Numbered from the stretch's first letter, positions 51,001 to 63,600 are shown. The stretch: 64,000 bases of DNA from Octopus sinensis (GCF_006345805.1 NC_043018.1:11160001-11224000), one strand, 5' to 3'. Program-made: numbers and translations. The notes: generated by a model from the letters alone, not told the origin.

Positions 51001-53329
51001 TCAGCGCACTTTGAACACTTTGTAAATTAATAGTTGCAAGATGGTGGTGATGGGGCATAGACAGGGTTGTGTTCTGTAAAGAAGGATTGTGGGTGTGGTG
51101 GCTGTTGCAGAGGGTAAGGAAGACACAGTCTGGATGATTCCCTTCTGGATCTCACCAAGTTTTGAAAAAGGTTGGTCATTGTTGAAGGCTGAAATACATT
51201 TTTGGTCCTGAAAAGAAAAGTTAGTCTTTTTGATGTAGTCTTTGTCATGTTGAGGATGTTGGGAAAGTTCTTTAGTAGTAGTTGAGGCCTAGCATTTGTA
51301 GTTGCATACTGGGTATGTTTAGGATGGGGTGCATATGGTAATGTTTTCTTGATATGTGTTTGTTTTATGTCCATTTTTTGCATGCTGGTATGAATATATT
51401 ATTGAAGAATGGGTTATTTGGCAACCCTGCTGATACTGGTGCCATGTAAATAGCATCCTGTCCACACTGTTAACTTGTTGGCCTTTGGAAGGGCATCCAG
51501 CTATGAAAACCATGCCAAAATTGACCTTGCCTGTGCTGGTGCCAGGTAAAATGCACACGGTCCACTCTATGGGGTAGTTGGTGTTAGGAAGGGTATCCAG
51601 CCATAAAAACCATTCCAAAACAGACACAGTAGCTTGGTGTAGTCTTCTACCTGGCTGGCTCCTGTCAAACTGTCCAACCCATGCGGATATTAAGTGATAT
51701 TATGATGATGATCATAATGATTATTGAGCCATTGTTTAAATGGAAAGAATGTGTGTTCTTCTGATGACATGAAATGATAGTTGGAAGTGAATGTCACCAT
51801 CATATAAACAGTACCATTTCTTTCCAGTTTTCCAGGAAAACATGGTTAGCCATGGGGGAATAATATCTCATTTGGAAACAGGTGATGGTTGTTGAGAGGA
51901 AGGGGTCTGGCAGATCAGTGAATCGCATCTGATCCATCTGAGCACGAAAACATGGATATTAATTAAAATAACGACTCTACTAATGAGTCCCACATCTTTT
52001 GCTCACCTCGAAATTCAATTCTTTTCTTTTATTCTTTTACTTGTTTCGGTCATTTGATGCAGCCATACTGGAGCACCACCTTGAAGGGTTTTTTTAAGTC
52101 AAACAAATCAACCCCAGTACTTATTTTATGAGCCTAGTACTTTTTTCTATCAGTCTCTTTTGCCAAACTGCTAAGTTACAGGGATGTAAAGGCACTAACA
52201 CTGGTTGTCAGGCTTTGATGGGGGGGACAAACACAGACACAAAGGCATGCGCTCGCACGCACACACACACACACACACACATAAAAACAGGCTTGTAGTA
52301 CTGAGTTAAAATCTAAAAAATAAAGAAACTAGTGAAGATTTGTGTGTACAATTATCAAATCTACAGTGTTGGTTTGTCTGCAGAGAGAAGACTACTCAAA
52401 AGCTGTGCCATTAATTCAGAAACATTCACACTGTCACACTCTTGTAACAAATAACAGATGCAACATTCACTGCTTCAAGATTAAAATTGAGAAAAATCTT
52501 TCTATAAATTAGGAATAGAAAACCATAAAATTAATGAAGGGCAGAGAGATGGAAGGAGAAATCATCTTCCTAATAATGGAGACCTGGTTTCAAGAACTCC
52601 ACTGAATCACTGCTGAGTTCTATTCTCTAATCAGAAAGCAGTGGATGTCAACAAACAGGTATAGGTCAAGCCTCTAAAAGATAGTGACTAACCTGCATCA
52701 AGAGAGATATTTCGAATGCCTTGTATGCCTCAGTATACAGACCATGTTGCAATGTCTGGCCACTTTGATCTCAAAGAGGTGGGGAACAATCCTTGAAGTT
52801 GATGAGCTTCTACATCAAATGGATTTTGAATTTAAATTTGGAGTTATAAGAGACTACTAAATTTACATTTGTTATCTAAGTTCACCATTTGTTTATGAAC
52901 TATGATGAAACTTCTTCATGTTTGTACTGCCACAGTGATCCCAAGGAGATATGGAACAGTCCATGAAACTAGTGAGGTTTACATCATTTGAATTTCAAAT
53001 GTGGATTTGGAAGTGTGTGAGAGACCTCGAAATTTATTTCATCATTATCACTTATACTTTCCCATGCTTGTTTGCATCAGACAGAATTCACTGAGGCAGA
53101 TTTTCTGTCCAAGCAAGGTAATATTCTCCTGTGGCTGGACATGTTTTCATGGGAGATTGAAAACGAATGACACTGCTTGTATGGTGGTGACACTTGTTTA
53201 CAACTACCACAAACACACAAGAGAAGGCACGTGCTTGCACGAGCACACACACACGTGTCCTCGCACTCAGACTCGTGTGTAGGGCTAGAATGTTGTCAAG
53301 AAGACAACTAGTTGGGAAAAGAAAGACCT

Positions 53330-55410
53330 AATTAGTCAGAGATTTAGAGATGATCCACACAAAGCACTTGACGAGAAGGAAGAGGATATAGTAACATGTA
53401 ACATGAGGACAGCTGGAGGCTCCAACAGGACAACTTAATGAGATATACTGACCAAATTTGTGGCTTGTGCAAAGTCCCCTCCAGACCTGAGATGACATGA
53501 TTGTGGAACAATGTAGCAGACAGGACCATTAGAGTGAAAAAACAATCCTGGAAGAATGGTGGTAGCAGGGAAGCTAAGAGATATGTATATTTAGCTAGGG
53601 GAAAAGCTGAAAGGAAGAAGCTTATCAATGTTCTGAAACACCTCATTGCGGACCAGAAGTTTGAGGTGTTTCAGATTGCAAAACAGTGTGTGAAAGAAAA
53701 TCATGATGTTGTAAGAGAGAAGTGTGTCTGCAGGTAGTGATTCTGCAAAGAATGAGGCTTGGAAGTGCCACTACGAAAGGCTGCTAAATGTTGAGAATGC
53801 ATGTGGACCCAACAGAGGGACCAGCTATCCAAATTGACAGTCACTTGATAGATAAAGCAATTAAAGATATAAAGACAGAAAGCCCCCAGCCCTTCAGGAA
53901 TCATCATTGAGATGCTTAAAATATCTGCCAGAGGGGGTTATGGCCTAGTCATCTGTATGGTTAATCATGTTACCTATGAGGGCGTCATACCCAACAACTT
54001 GTGTAACAGCATTGTAGTCAGCTGCGACAAAGGCAAAGGCAATGCCTTAGAAATAATTACAAGGGTATCAAATTATTGGACCTTGTGATGAAAGTTACAG
54101 AGAGGATCATAGCTCAACTAATTAGGAAGAGAGTTAGCCTGGATGAGATGCAGTTTGATTTTGTGCCGGAGAAGCATTACCAATGCTAGCTTCTTGGTAA
54201 GCAACTGCAGGAGAAGTCAAAAACAAACCCCTACTTGGCTTTTGTTGATATGGAGAAAGTCTTTGATAGGGTCCCCTGCTCTGTCATCTAGTGATCAATG
54301 CAGAAGCTAGGGATAGATGAGTGGTTGGTGAGGGTTGTACAACTCCTGTATGAGGACATTGTCAGTAAGGTGAAGGTCAGCAATGAGTATGGTAATGAAT
54401 TTAGTGTACAAGTAGGAGTTCACCAAGGTTCAGTTCTCAGCCCCTTCTTGTTTATCATAGTCCTCCAGGCCATAATGTGGCTACCCTTGGGAGATCCTCT
54501 ATGCTGATGACCTTGTTCTTATTTTGAGCCACTATCTGAACTAGAGAGGATATTTCAGGTGTGGAAGCAAGGTCTGGAATCAGAGTTAATTTAGCAAAGA
54601 CCAAAATCCTAGTAAGTTGGGAAACGGACACATCACAAATCCCTTCAGGGAGATGGCCCTGCTTGATATGTAAAGATGTTGGTAGAAACTACATACAGTG
54701 TGCCCAGTGCAAACTATGGACACACAAGAGGTGCATCATTATCACTGGAAGGTTAACAGAAAATATACAGAGAATAGACTTTCTCAAATGTCCAGGAGGA
54801 TCCTTAGAAGTAGTAGATAGTTTCCATTACCTAGGTGACCAAGTTAGCAGTGGGATTGGAAGTTCTGAAAGTTTACTTACTCAAATACAAACAGGCTGGA
54901 CAAAGTTCAGAGAGCTTCTACCTTTGTTGGTAACAAAGAGCCTCTCTCTCTGAGTTAAAGGCAGATTGTATAATGCTACATGGCAGTGAATTGTAGGCTG
55001 TGACTACAGGGGAATTGCAAAGGCTTGAAAGTAATGAAGCCAACATGATCCACTGGATGGGTAATGTCAAGGACCATGTAAAAAGCACCAGTGCTGGCAC
55101 CACATGAAAAAAAAACACAGGTACTGACACCATGCAAAGAGCACTAGTGTTGGCACCATTTGAAAAGCATTAGTACTGGTGCCATGTAAAAGGTACTAGT
55201 GTTGGTTTCACACAAAAGATACCTGTACTGGTGCCATATAAAAAAAAACACCCAGTACACTCTGTAAAGTAGTTGGTGTTAGGAAGGATTTCCAGCTGTT
55301 GAGACCATACCAAAACAGAATTGGAGCCTGGTGCAGCTCTCCGGGTTTACCATCTCCTGTCAAACCATCCAACCCATACCAGCATGGAAAATGGATATTA
55401 AATAATGATG
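53330..55410 (+). mobile_element. Decayed RTE LINE (RT region plus 3' UTR)
   Basis: WKCHYERLLNVENAW, VGVHQGSVLSPFLFIIVLQA, YADDL, FHYLGDQVSSG; 3' UTR with short tandem units and (GAT) tail. Confidence 0.88.
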
Positions 55411-56344
55411 ATACACACACACACACATCTTTCAGTTTCCATCTACCAAATCCACTCTCAAGGTTTTGATTGGCTATAGTAGACATTTACCCAAGGTGCC
55501 ATGCAGTGGGAGTGAACTGGAAACCACATTGTTAGAAAGTAAACATCTCAACCACCTAGCCATGCTTACGTGTATCAAAATTCACCTTTTATTTGTGATC
55601 CAAGAAAGGAATCTCTTCATGATTGCCTGCCTAGCTAGATATAGCTATCAATTCGTATAAGACAAGTCACTAGAATCTAAAGAACAGTTCGGTTGCCTTG
55701 AGGCGTAAAGAATTTTAATGATTTTTACGTGCCACCAGCATGTAAAAGGGCACCATTCGAGCGTGATCGTTACCAGTGTCGCCTTACTAGCACTTGTGCT
55801 TGTGGCACGTGAAAAAACATTTGAGCGAGCTCGTTGCCAGTACCGCCTGACTGGCCCATGTGCCGGTGGCATGTAAAAGCACCCACTACACTCTAGCATG
55901 GAAAGTGGACGTTAAATGATGATGATGGGCTTCTTGCAAGTAAGAAGGAGCAAAATAGTGAGAACTATATAACTTGAGAGGAACTTTGAAAACAGTAGAA
56001 TTAATTAGCAATTGATGCATTTGTTTGATGAAGAAAATCTTAAGCATTTTACGCTTCTTTTCACATCTGAAGCAAATAGATGGGTTGTTAATGTCCTCTC
56101 ATTTATCCTTTTAGCTAACATGTTTTTGCTTTGTCGAGCAGATCCATCACCATTATGTATTTTTTTATATCATCCAATGTATTCTTTCCATTTTTATTTT
56201 TTCTAGAGAGTAGGGTGTAATTTGAGGGAAATTTGGCATCTCTTCCTTGTAGATTTAAACAACTACATAAAAAATTCCTTATTAGCATTTTCTCCTTTTC
56301 TATTTCTTTTTTAAAAAAATTGTGACTGGTATGGTTCTGTAGGT

Positions 56345-56655
56345 GGATGCGCAATGGCCCAGTAGTTAGGGCAGTGGACTCACGGTCGGAGGATTGCTTG
56401 TTTCGATTCTCAGACCGGGCGTTGTGTGTGTTTATTGAGTGAAAACACCTAAAGCTCCATGAGGCTCCAGCAGGGCGGTGGCGACCCCTGTTGAACTCTT
56501 TCGCCCCAACTTTCTCTCACTCTTTCTTCCTGTTTCTTGAGTAATGCTGCGATGGACTGGCATCCCGTCCAGCTGGGGGGAACACATACGCCATAGAAAC
56601 CGGGAAACCGGGCCCATGAGCCTGGCTAGGCTTGAAAAGGGCACATAAATAAAAT
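56345..56655 (+). mobile_element. V-SINE-like tRNA-derived SINE, full length
   Basis: tRNA-like head plus tgcgatggactggcatcccgtccag (V-domain-like) and an A-rich tail. Confidence 0.7.
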
Positions 56656-57186
56656 AACTTGTAGTATAGCAGTTAGTGTGAGTGATTTTGTATTTTCTCT
56701 CCACATGTATTTGCTGACTGTAAGCAACATGTTAACTGAAAGGATAAATAAATGAGAAGACACTAACAATACAGGGAGTGTCCTGTGCTAGCAGTCAATC
56801 ACAAAAGCATATCTAGACATGTATTGATATGCGGCACAATCTTTGTCAACATAAGACTCATTCAAATGTTGCTGTTTTTATTTTCAGTTCGTTGCTTAAC
56901 TATGTCAAGGTTGTTTGTGAGATATTTCACTTCATTTATGTTGTAAGCAAGGTAAAACTATTATAAACATTGCTATTTCTCAGCTCTTTCCCCAATCAAA
57001 ATGAACATCCTACCTGCATGAGGAACTATATTATCTGTTTATTTGTGACAATACTACTTCACATTGAAAGGATTGGCAATTAGCTGAAAAAACAATTATC
57101 CTATATAATCTGACTGATAAATATTGACTATTACCATACACTATTCAATAAATGTCGTAGGATGTATATTTTTTTGTCAGGTTTAT

Positions 57187-57403
57187 TTAACCCTTTCGTT
57201 GCTGTATTTATTTTGAGATGCTCTGTGTTCTTTCAATTACTTTAAATATAACAAAGAATTCAGTAAAATAATTTAGTTATCATTCAGCTGGTGTGAGGAA
57301 CATAAAGTGTGACTAAGGTTTGGTGGAAGATTTTAATTCAAAACTTATGAAAAAAAGACATTTGTACTCAGAGTTTCAGCCAGGTTGGTAACGAAAGGGT
57401 TAA
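57187..57403. mobile_element. piggyBac-type non-autonomous MITE
   Basis: TTAA-CCCTTTCGTTGC ... GTAACGAAAGGG-TTAA, 11/12 TIR match; related partial copy at about 37416-37676. Confidence 0.8.
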
Positions 57404-57414
57404 AGTCAAATCTT

Positions 57415-57845
57415 CTGGCATAGCTGTGTGACTAAAAAGGTAGCACCCCAATTATTTTCTTACAAGTTCAGTCTCACCATGTGGCACCTTGAGTGAGTGT
57501 TTTCTACTATAGCCCCAGGGTGATCAAAAGCCTTCTTAATAGAATCACCTGAGAGAAACTGAAACTCTATGTATGTTTGTATGTGTGTATATATACACAT
57601 GTGTGTGTTTGTATCTCCTTGTCTTGTCGATGTGGAATTAGCTGTAAATGAGTGTCACCTTCATACAAGTGGTGTCATTTATTTCCAATATTCTGTGAAA
57701 ACATGCCTGGCCATGGATAAACATTACTTGTAAGCAAGTGAAAAGTTGGCAGCAGGAAGAGCTTCTGGCCATTTGAAGACCTACCTCAGCAAATTCTATC
57801 TGGTCCATGCAAGCATGGACAGGTGGCCATTAAAATGATGGTGTG
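57415..57845 (+). mobile_element. SINE with family-A head and central domain and RTE-type tail
   Basis: ggcaccttgagtgagtgttttctactatagcc central domain; ends ccatgcaagcatggacaggtggccattaaaatgatg. Confidence 0.65.
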
Positions 57846-57950
57846 ATATAAACTACAGCCATCACTTGCAATCAAGGATGACCTTATATCAGCATGTCCC
57901 ATGCTTTTACTAATGATTTTAGGTGCTTATTTAGTCGCAAGCAGACATTC

Positions 57951-58042
57951 CCACGCACTGAGAAATAGACGTCAAAAGACACTAGCTCAACCATAAATTC
58001 TCTAGTAATAGTGTCTTTTGATGTCTATTTTTCAGTGTGTGG
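57951..58042 (+). other. 34-bp inverted repeat / hairpin (31 WC + 3 G-U pairs on + strand, 24-nt loop)
   Basis: Arms 57951-57984 and 58009-58042 paired by hand. Confidence 0.85.
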
Positions 58043-58165
58043 TGAGGCATAAGCCAAGCCCTTGTTATAATTATGTATATAATTATAAAATATTTGTAAA
58101 ATTTACCTATGAGGGTTTTATTTCCACGCTGACTACCTGGTAAAAATCATTAATGATTTTTACCC

Positions 58166-58210
<45 letters not shown>

Positions 58211-58239
58211 TATACACACACACACACCCTCATGTATAT

Positions 58240-58271
<32 letters not shown>

Positions 58272-58272
58272 T

Positions 58273-59441
58273 CAAGGGTTGGACAAAATAATGGAAACAC
58301 CTTAAAATTTCAAACAAATTTATTTTAATATGGGGTAGGACCACCTTTGGCAATAATTACAGCTTGAATTCTAAGAGGTATGGACTCGTACAAAGTTTGA
58401 ATTGTTTCCAAAGGAATTTTTGTCTATTCTTCAGCTAAAACAGTCTCCAGTTCTTGTAGTGATGATGGTGGAGGATATCGACTCCTTACTTGTTTTTCTA
58501 AAATGCACCATAAAGGTTCAATAATATTGAAATCTAGGGACTGTGGTGGCCAGATAAGATGTTCAACTTCACCAGAATGTTCCTCGTGCAACTTTATCTG
58601 TAATAACTTTATCTGTGTGAATTGGTGCATTATCTTCCTGGAAGATAGTGTTTCTCTCTGGAAACAGTTCTGCAACCATAGGATGAATTTGATAAAATAA
58701 AATGCTTAAATAGTCTTGACTATTAATTCTGCCATGAAGGGAAACCATTGAGCAGGCAGATTTCCAAGATATAGCCCCCACCCCACTGATCATCACAGAT
58801 CCTCCTCCATGATTAACAGTTGGAAGAAGGCAGTCTGGATCAAATGCTTCTTTTGGCTGGTCGTTGGAAATATGGTAAAGGATGACTCATTAAAAAAAAT
58901 GACATTCTTCCACTGCTCTAGGGACCAATTCTCCACTATAAATGCTTTGCAATGTTTGTTTCTAAAAGTAGTGGTTTTCTGATTGCAGCCCTCTCATGAA
59001 ATCCGGCTTTGGGCAACTCCCAGCAAACAGTTTTTTTGGAAACTGGGTTCTCGAGGTGGTCATTAAGCTCTGCAGTAATTTGTAACAATTTGTCTAAGAG
59101 TTTTGTTTCGACAAGGAGGTTTTTCCCCCTTTCTCAAAGGCTGTCATTACTTTTGAGACTACTTCTTGATACACCAAACATTTCAGCTGTTTTCGTTATG
59201 CTAGTGCCTACCATACTATCACCAACAATTTGAACTCTTTGAAAGTCTGATAGAGCTGTCATTTTAATGAATTTTAATTATCTTTTTCTGATGATATCTG
59301 AAAAGAAACAGCAATTTTAGCGAAACATATTAAGCAACACAAATAATAAATAAAAAAACAAAAATAAACAAGCTTTTGATGGTTTTATAGATATTTCAAA
59401 ATTATGATGCTAGGTGTTTCCATTATTTTGTCCAACTCTTG
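58273..59441 (-). mobile_element. Internally deleted Tc1-family transposon
   Basis: 30-bp TIRs caagggttggacaaaataatggaaacacct / aggtgtttccattattttgtccaactcttg (1 mismatch), right TA; FQEDNAPIH and WPPQSLDFNIIEPLW motifs. Confidence 0.92.
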
Positions 59442-59540
59442 TATATATATATATATATACCAGCATGGCCACAATCAAATGACTGAAATAAGTAAAAGAA
59501 TGTATATATATTTTCTTAAGAAGCAGCAAAAATATCACAA

Positions 59541-60242
59541 AAACCAGATCTTGCACACGGTTAACCAAACCGGATCTCGCACACGGTTAACCAAACCGGA
59601 TCTCGTACACGGTTAACCAAACCGGATCTCGTACACGGTTAACCAAACCGGATCTCGTACATGGTTAACCAAACAGGATCTCGTACACGGTTAACCAAAC
59701 CGGATCTCGTACACGGTTAACCAAACCGGATCTCGTACACGGTTAACCAAACCGGATCTCGTACACGGTTAAACAAACCGGATCTCGTACACGGTTAACC
59801 AAACCGGATCTCGTACACGGTTAACCAAACAGGATCTCGTACACGGTTAACCAAACCGGATCTTGTACACGGTTAACCAAACAGGATCTCGCACACGGTT
59901 AACCAAACCGGATCTCATACATGGTTAACCAAATCGGTTCTCGTACACGGTTAACCAAACAGGATCTCGTACATGGTTAACCAAACAGCATCTCGTACAT
60001 GGTTAACCAAACAGGATCTCGTACACGGTTAACCAAACCGGATCTTGTACACGGTTAACCAAACAGGATCTCGCACACGGTTAACCAAACCGGATCTCAT
60101 ACATGGTTAACCAAATCGGTTCTCGTACACGGTTAACCAAACAGGATCTCGTACATGGTTAACCAAACAGCATCTCGTACATGGTTAACCAAACAGGATC
60201 TTGTACACAGTTAACCAAACCGGATCTCGTACATGGTTAACC
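59541..60242. repeat. 26-bp minisatellite, 27 copies, consensus AAACCGGATCTCGTACACGGTTAACC
   Basis: Counted unit by unit (27 x 26 = 702 bp); no spacers. Confidence 0.97.
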
Positions 60243-60749
60243 AAAAGTTAAATTCATGATCTTACTTTGTCTGAACACAGCCTGTGTTTTATTTTTCAAA
60301 GATTTTAAGGTGGTAATAGCATCTTTTGGCATCCATTTTTCTAGGATGTGGGGAGGCTTATAGCCAATCCTTTGTTATAAATATGTATATAATTATTAAA
60401 ATATTTATAAATGTATATATATATGTGTAATATCTGTGTGTATATATATATATATATGTGTGTATATATATATATGTGTGTATATATATATATATGTGTG
60501 TATCATCATCATCATCATCGTTTAACGTCCACTTTCCATGCTAGCATGGGTTGGACGGTTCAACTGGGGTCTGGCAAGCCCGAAGGCTACACCAGGCCAG
60601 TCAGATCTGGCAGTGTTTCTACAGCTGGATGCCCTTCCTAACGCCAACCACTCCGAGAGTGTAGTGGGTGATTTTATGTGCCACCGACACAGGTGCCAGA
60701 CGAGGCTGGCAGACGGCCATGCTCGGATGGTGTTTTTTATGTGCCACCG

Positions 60750-61270
60750 ACATATATATGTATATATGTATATGTATATATGTATATATATATATATATA
60801 TATGTATATGTGTATATATATATATATGTGTGTATATATATATATGTGTGTATATATATATATGTGTGTATATATATATATGTATGTTTATATATGTGTA
60901 TATATATACATATATATAGGTATATATATACATATATATAGGTATATATGTGTATATATATACATATATATAGGTATATATGTGTATATATATACATATA
61001 TATAGGTATATATATACATATATATGTATGTATATGTGTATATATATACATATATATAGGTATATATATACATATATATAGGTATATATATACATATATA
61101 TGTAATATATGTGTATATATATACATATATATAGGTATATATATATATATATACATATATGTGTGTATATGTATGTGTGTGTATATATATATATATATAT
61201 GTGTATATGTATGTGTATATATATGTATGTATGTATGTGTGTATATGTATGTGTATATATATGTATATAT

Positions 61271-61300
<30 letters not shown>
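60750..61300. repeat. Compound (TA)n/(TG)n microsatellite with emerging 20-32-bp periodicity
   Basis: Recurring tatatatacatatatatagg units. Confidence 0.92.
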
Positions 61301-61302
<2 letters not shown>

Positions 61303-61470
61303 GACAATCTGTTAAATTACTGGATTGTCAATAGAATATCGCTATATTTAATTTATTTTTATAATTGAATTATACCAATATTTATATGGCATCCAAGTTA
61401 AGTACCAGTGAATTGGATGTTTAGCACACCCCTTTGAAGGATTTTTTGGCCTCAGTTTGTTACTTTATAC

Positions 61471-61509
<39 letters not shown>

Positions 61510-61514
<5 letters not shown>

Positions 61515-62575
61515 GTAGAGCAAGATCATCAGCATAGAGGAGCTCCCAAGGGCAGCCTGTCCTGAATTCCTCTGTTATTGCCTGGAGGACTATGATGAAT
61601 AAAAGGGGGCTGAGGACTGATCCTTGGTGAACTCCTACTTTTATCAGGAATTCTTCACTATACTCATTGACAACCCTCATATTACTGACAGCATCCCTGT
61701 ACAGGGCTTGTATAGCTCTTACCAATCACTGATCTATCTCCAGTTTCTGCATTGACCACCAGATAAGGGATCAGAGGACCCCGTGAAAGGCTTTCTTCAA
61801 GTCAACAAAAGCCAAGTACAGAGGTTTATCTTTGGCTAGATATTTCTCCTGTAGTTGCCTTACCAGAAATATGGCATCAGTAGTGCTTCTGCCTGGCACA
61901 CAAACAAACTGCATCTCATCTAGGCTAACTCTCTCCCTAATTAGTTGGGCTATGACCTTCTCTGTAGCTTTCATCTCCTGATCCAATAATTTGATACTCC
62001 TGTAGTTATTTCTATCTAAAGCCTTCCCTTTACCTTTGTAGCAGTTGACTATGGTACTGCTACACCAGTCACTGGGTATGACTCCTTCATGAACTACCTG
62101 ATTTACGATGCAGGTGACAAGACCATAACCCATACTGCTCGATATTTTAAGCATCTTAGCTGTGATTCTTGATGGGCCAGGTGCTTTCCCTGTCTTCATA
62201 TCCCTAATTGCTTTATCTACCAGGGTACTGTTGATTTGGGTAGCTGGTCCCTCATTTGAGTCAACCTTCGGCAGACCCTCCTCATCCCATTCATTCTCCA
62301 CATTCAGCAGTCTTTTATAATGGCATCTTCAAGCCTCTTTCTTTGCAGAATCATTAAATGCAAGGGTACCATCATTCATGCGGATACATTTCTCTCCTAT
62401 GACATCACAGTTTTCTCTCACACACTGTCTTGCAATCCGAAATACTTCAGTTCTTCGGTCCTCACGTTGCTGAACATTAGCAGACTTCTTCTTTTCTGCT
62501 ACTCCCTTGGCTATATATACCTGTCTCCTAGCTTCTCTTTTGGCTATCTGATACAGTCACCTGCTACCTTGCTTT
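61510..62575 (-). mobile_element. RTE LINE RT fragment
   Basis: KTGKAPGPSRITAKMLK, NYRSIKLLDQ, AFVDLKKAF, VGVHQGSVLSPLLFIIVL, ELLYADDLAL. Confidence 0.9.
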
Positions 62576-62576
62576 T

Positions 62577-63151
62577 TTTATAATCCCAAGGTTGGGCAGT
62601 CACAATACATATACAGAAAATTACATTGGATTAAATAAATTAAATTAAATTAAATTCACAAGAAAGTGAGATGTTTAAAAGATTTATAATAGTCCTCGTA
62701 TGAAGTAAAATTAGATAGAGTAAGGTGATTTAAAATAATTTTTTCTCTGATGAAAGAAAAGTGGCCACCAAAGTCAAAGGAATAAGTTTCTGCTTTGCAT
62801 ATTTTCTTGAAATGATTGTAAGCTATCTCACTTATATTTTTATTTATTTCATTTGTGAATTGCTTTATTTTAATTCATTCAAGGACAATTTTAAATTGCC
62901 TTACCCTATTTAATTTTACTTCAGATAAGACTGGAGCCTGGTGCAGCCTTCTGGCTTCCCAGATCCCCGGTTGAACCGTCCAACCCATGCTAGCATGGAG
63001 AACGGACGTTAAACGATGATGATGATGATGATACAAGGACTATTATAAATCTTTTAAACATCGCACCTGCATGTGATTTTAATTTAATTTATTTTATCTG
63101 ATGTTATTTTATCTGATGTAATGTACTGTGATTGCCCAACCTTGGAATTAT
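62577..63151. repeat. About 125-bp inverted repeat pair (foldback-like)
   Basis: 62577-62702 is the reverse complement of about 63030-63151, with best match at both arm ends. Confidence 0.75.
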
Positions 63152-63292
63152 AATAAAAGAAATATATATGTATTGTATTCCCAATTTGAATATGTTTGGC
63201 TGGACTATGAGGGTAATAAACTAATCTGTCTTCTCTCCCTCCTTTTGAGACCTTCCATGTTATTTCGTGGAAAGAGTTACATTCTTTTATTA

Positions 63293-63328
<36 letters not shown>

Positions 63329-63364
63329 TCCACTGGATGTGTAATGTCAGTGTGCATACACGAC

Positions 63365-63600
63365 AGACTGTAAGCGCCCTGAGAGAGAAGTTGGACATAA
63401 GAAGCATCAGATGTAGTGTGCAAGAGAGACTATGGTCATGTGTTGCATATGGATAAGGACAGCTGTGTGAAAAAGTGTTACACCCTAGCAGTAGAGAGAA
63501 CCTGTGGAAGAGTTAGACCCGGGAAAACCTGAGATGAGGCAATGACAAGTGACCAAGACCTTTGGAGATATGCTGTGCTTGAGAAGACCCGGCAAGCTAA
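63365..63600 (+). mobile_element. RTE LINE ORF2 3' remnant
   Basis: REKLDIRSIRCSVQERLWSC..DSCVKKCYTLAVERTCGRVRPGK.., ending gagaagacccggcaagctaag. Confidence 0.7.

Noticed and set aside
51027-51383. 118-aa minus-strand ORF
   Set aside because: No start context or domain; at most a very old LINE remnant that I cannot classify.
59541-60242. CRISPR array
   Set aside because: Units are head-to-tail with no unique spacers, no cas genes, and the context is eukaryotic.
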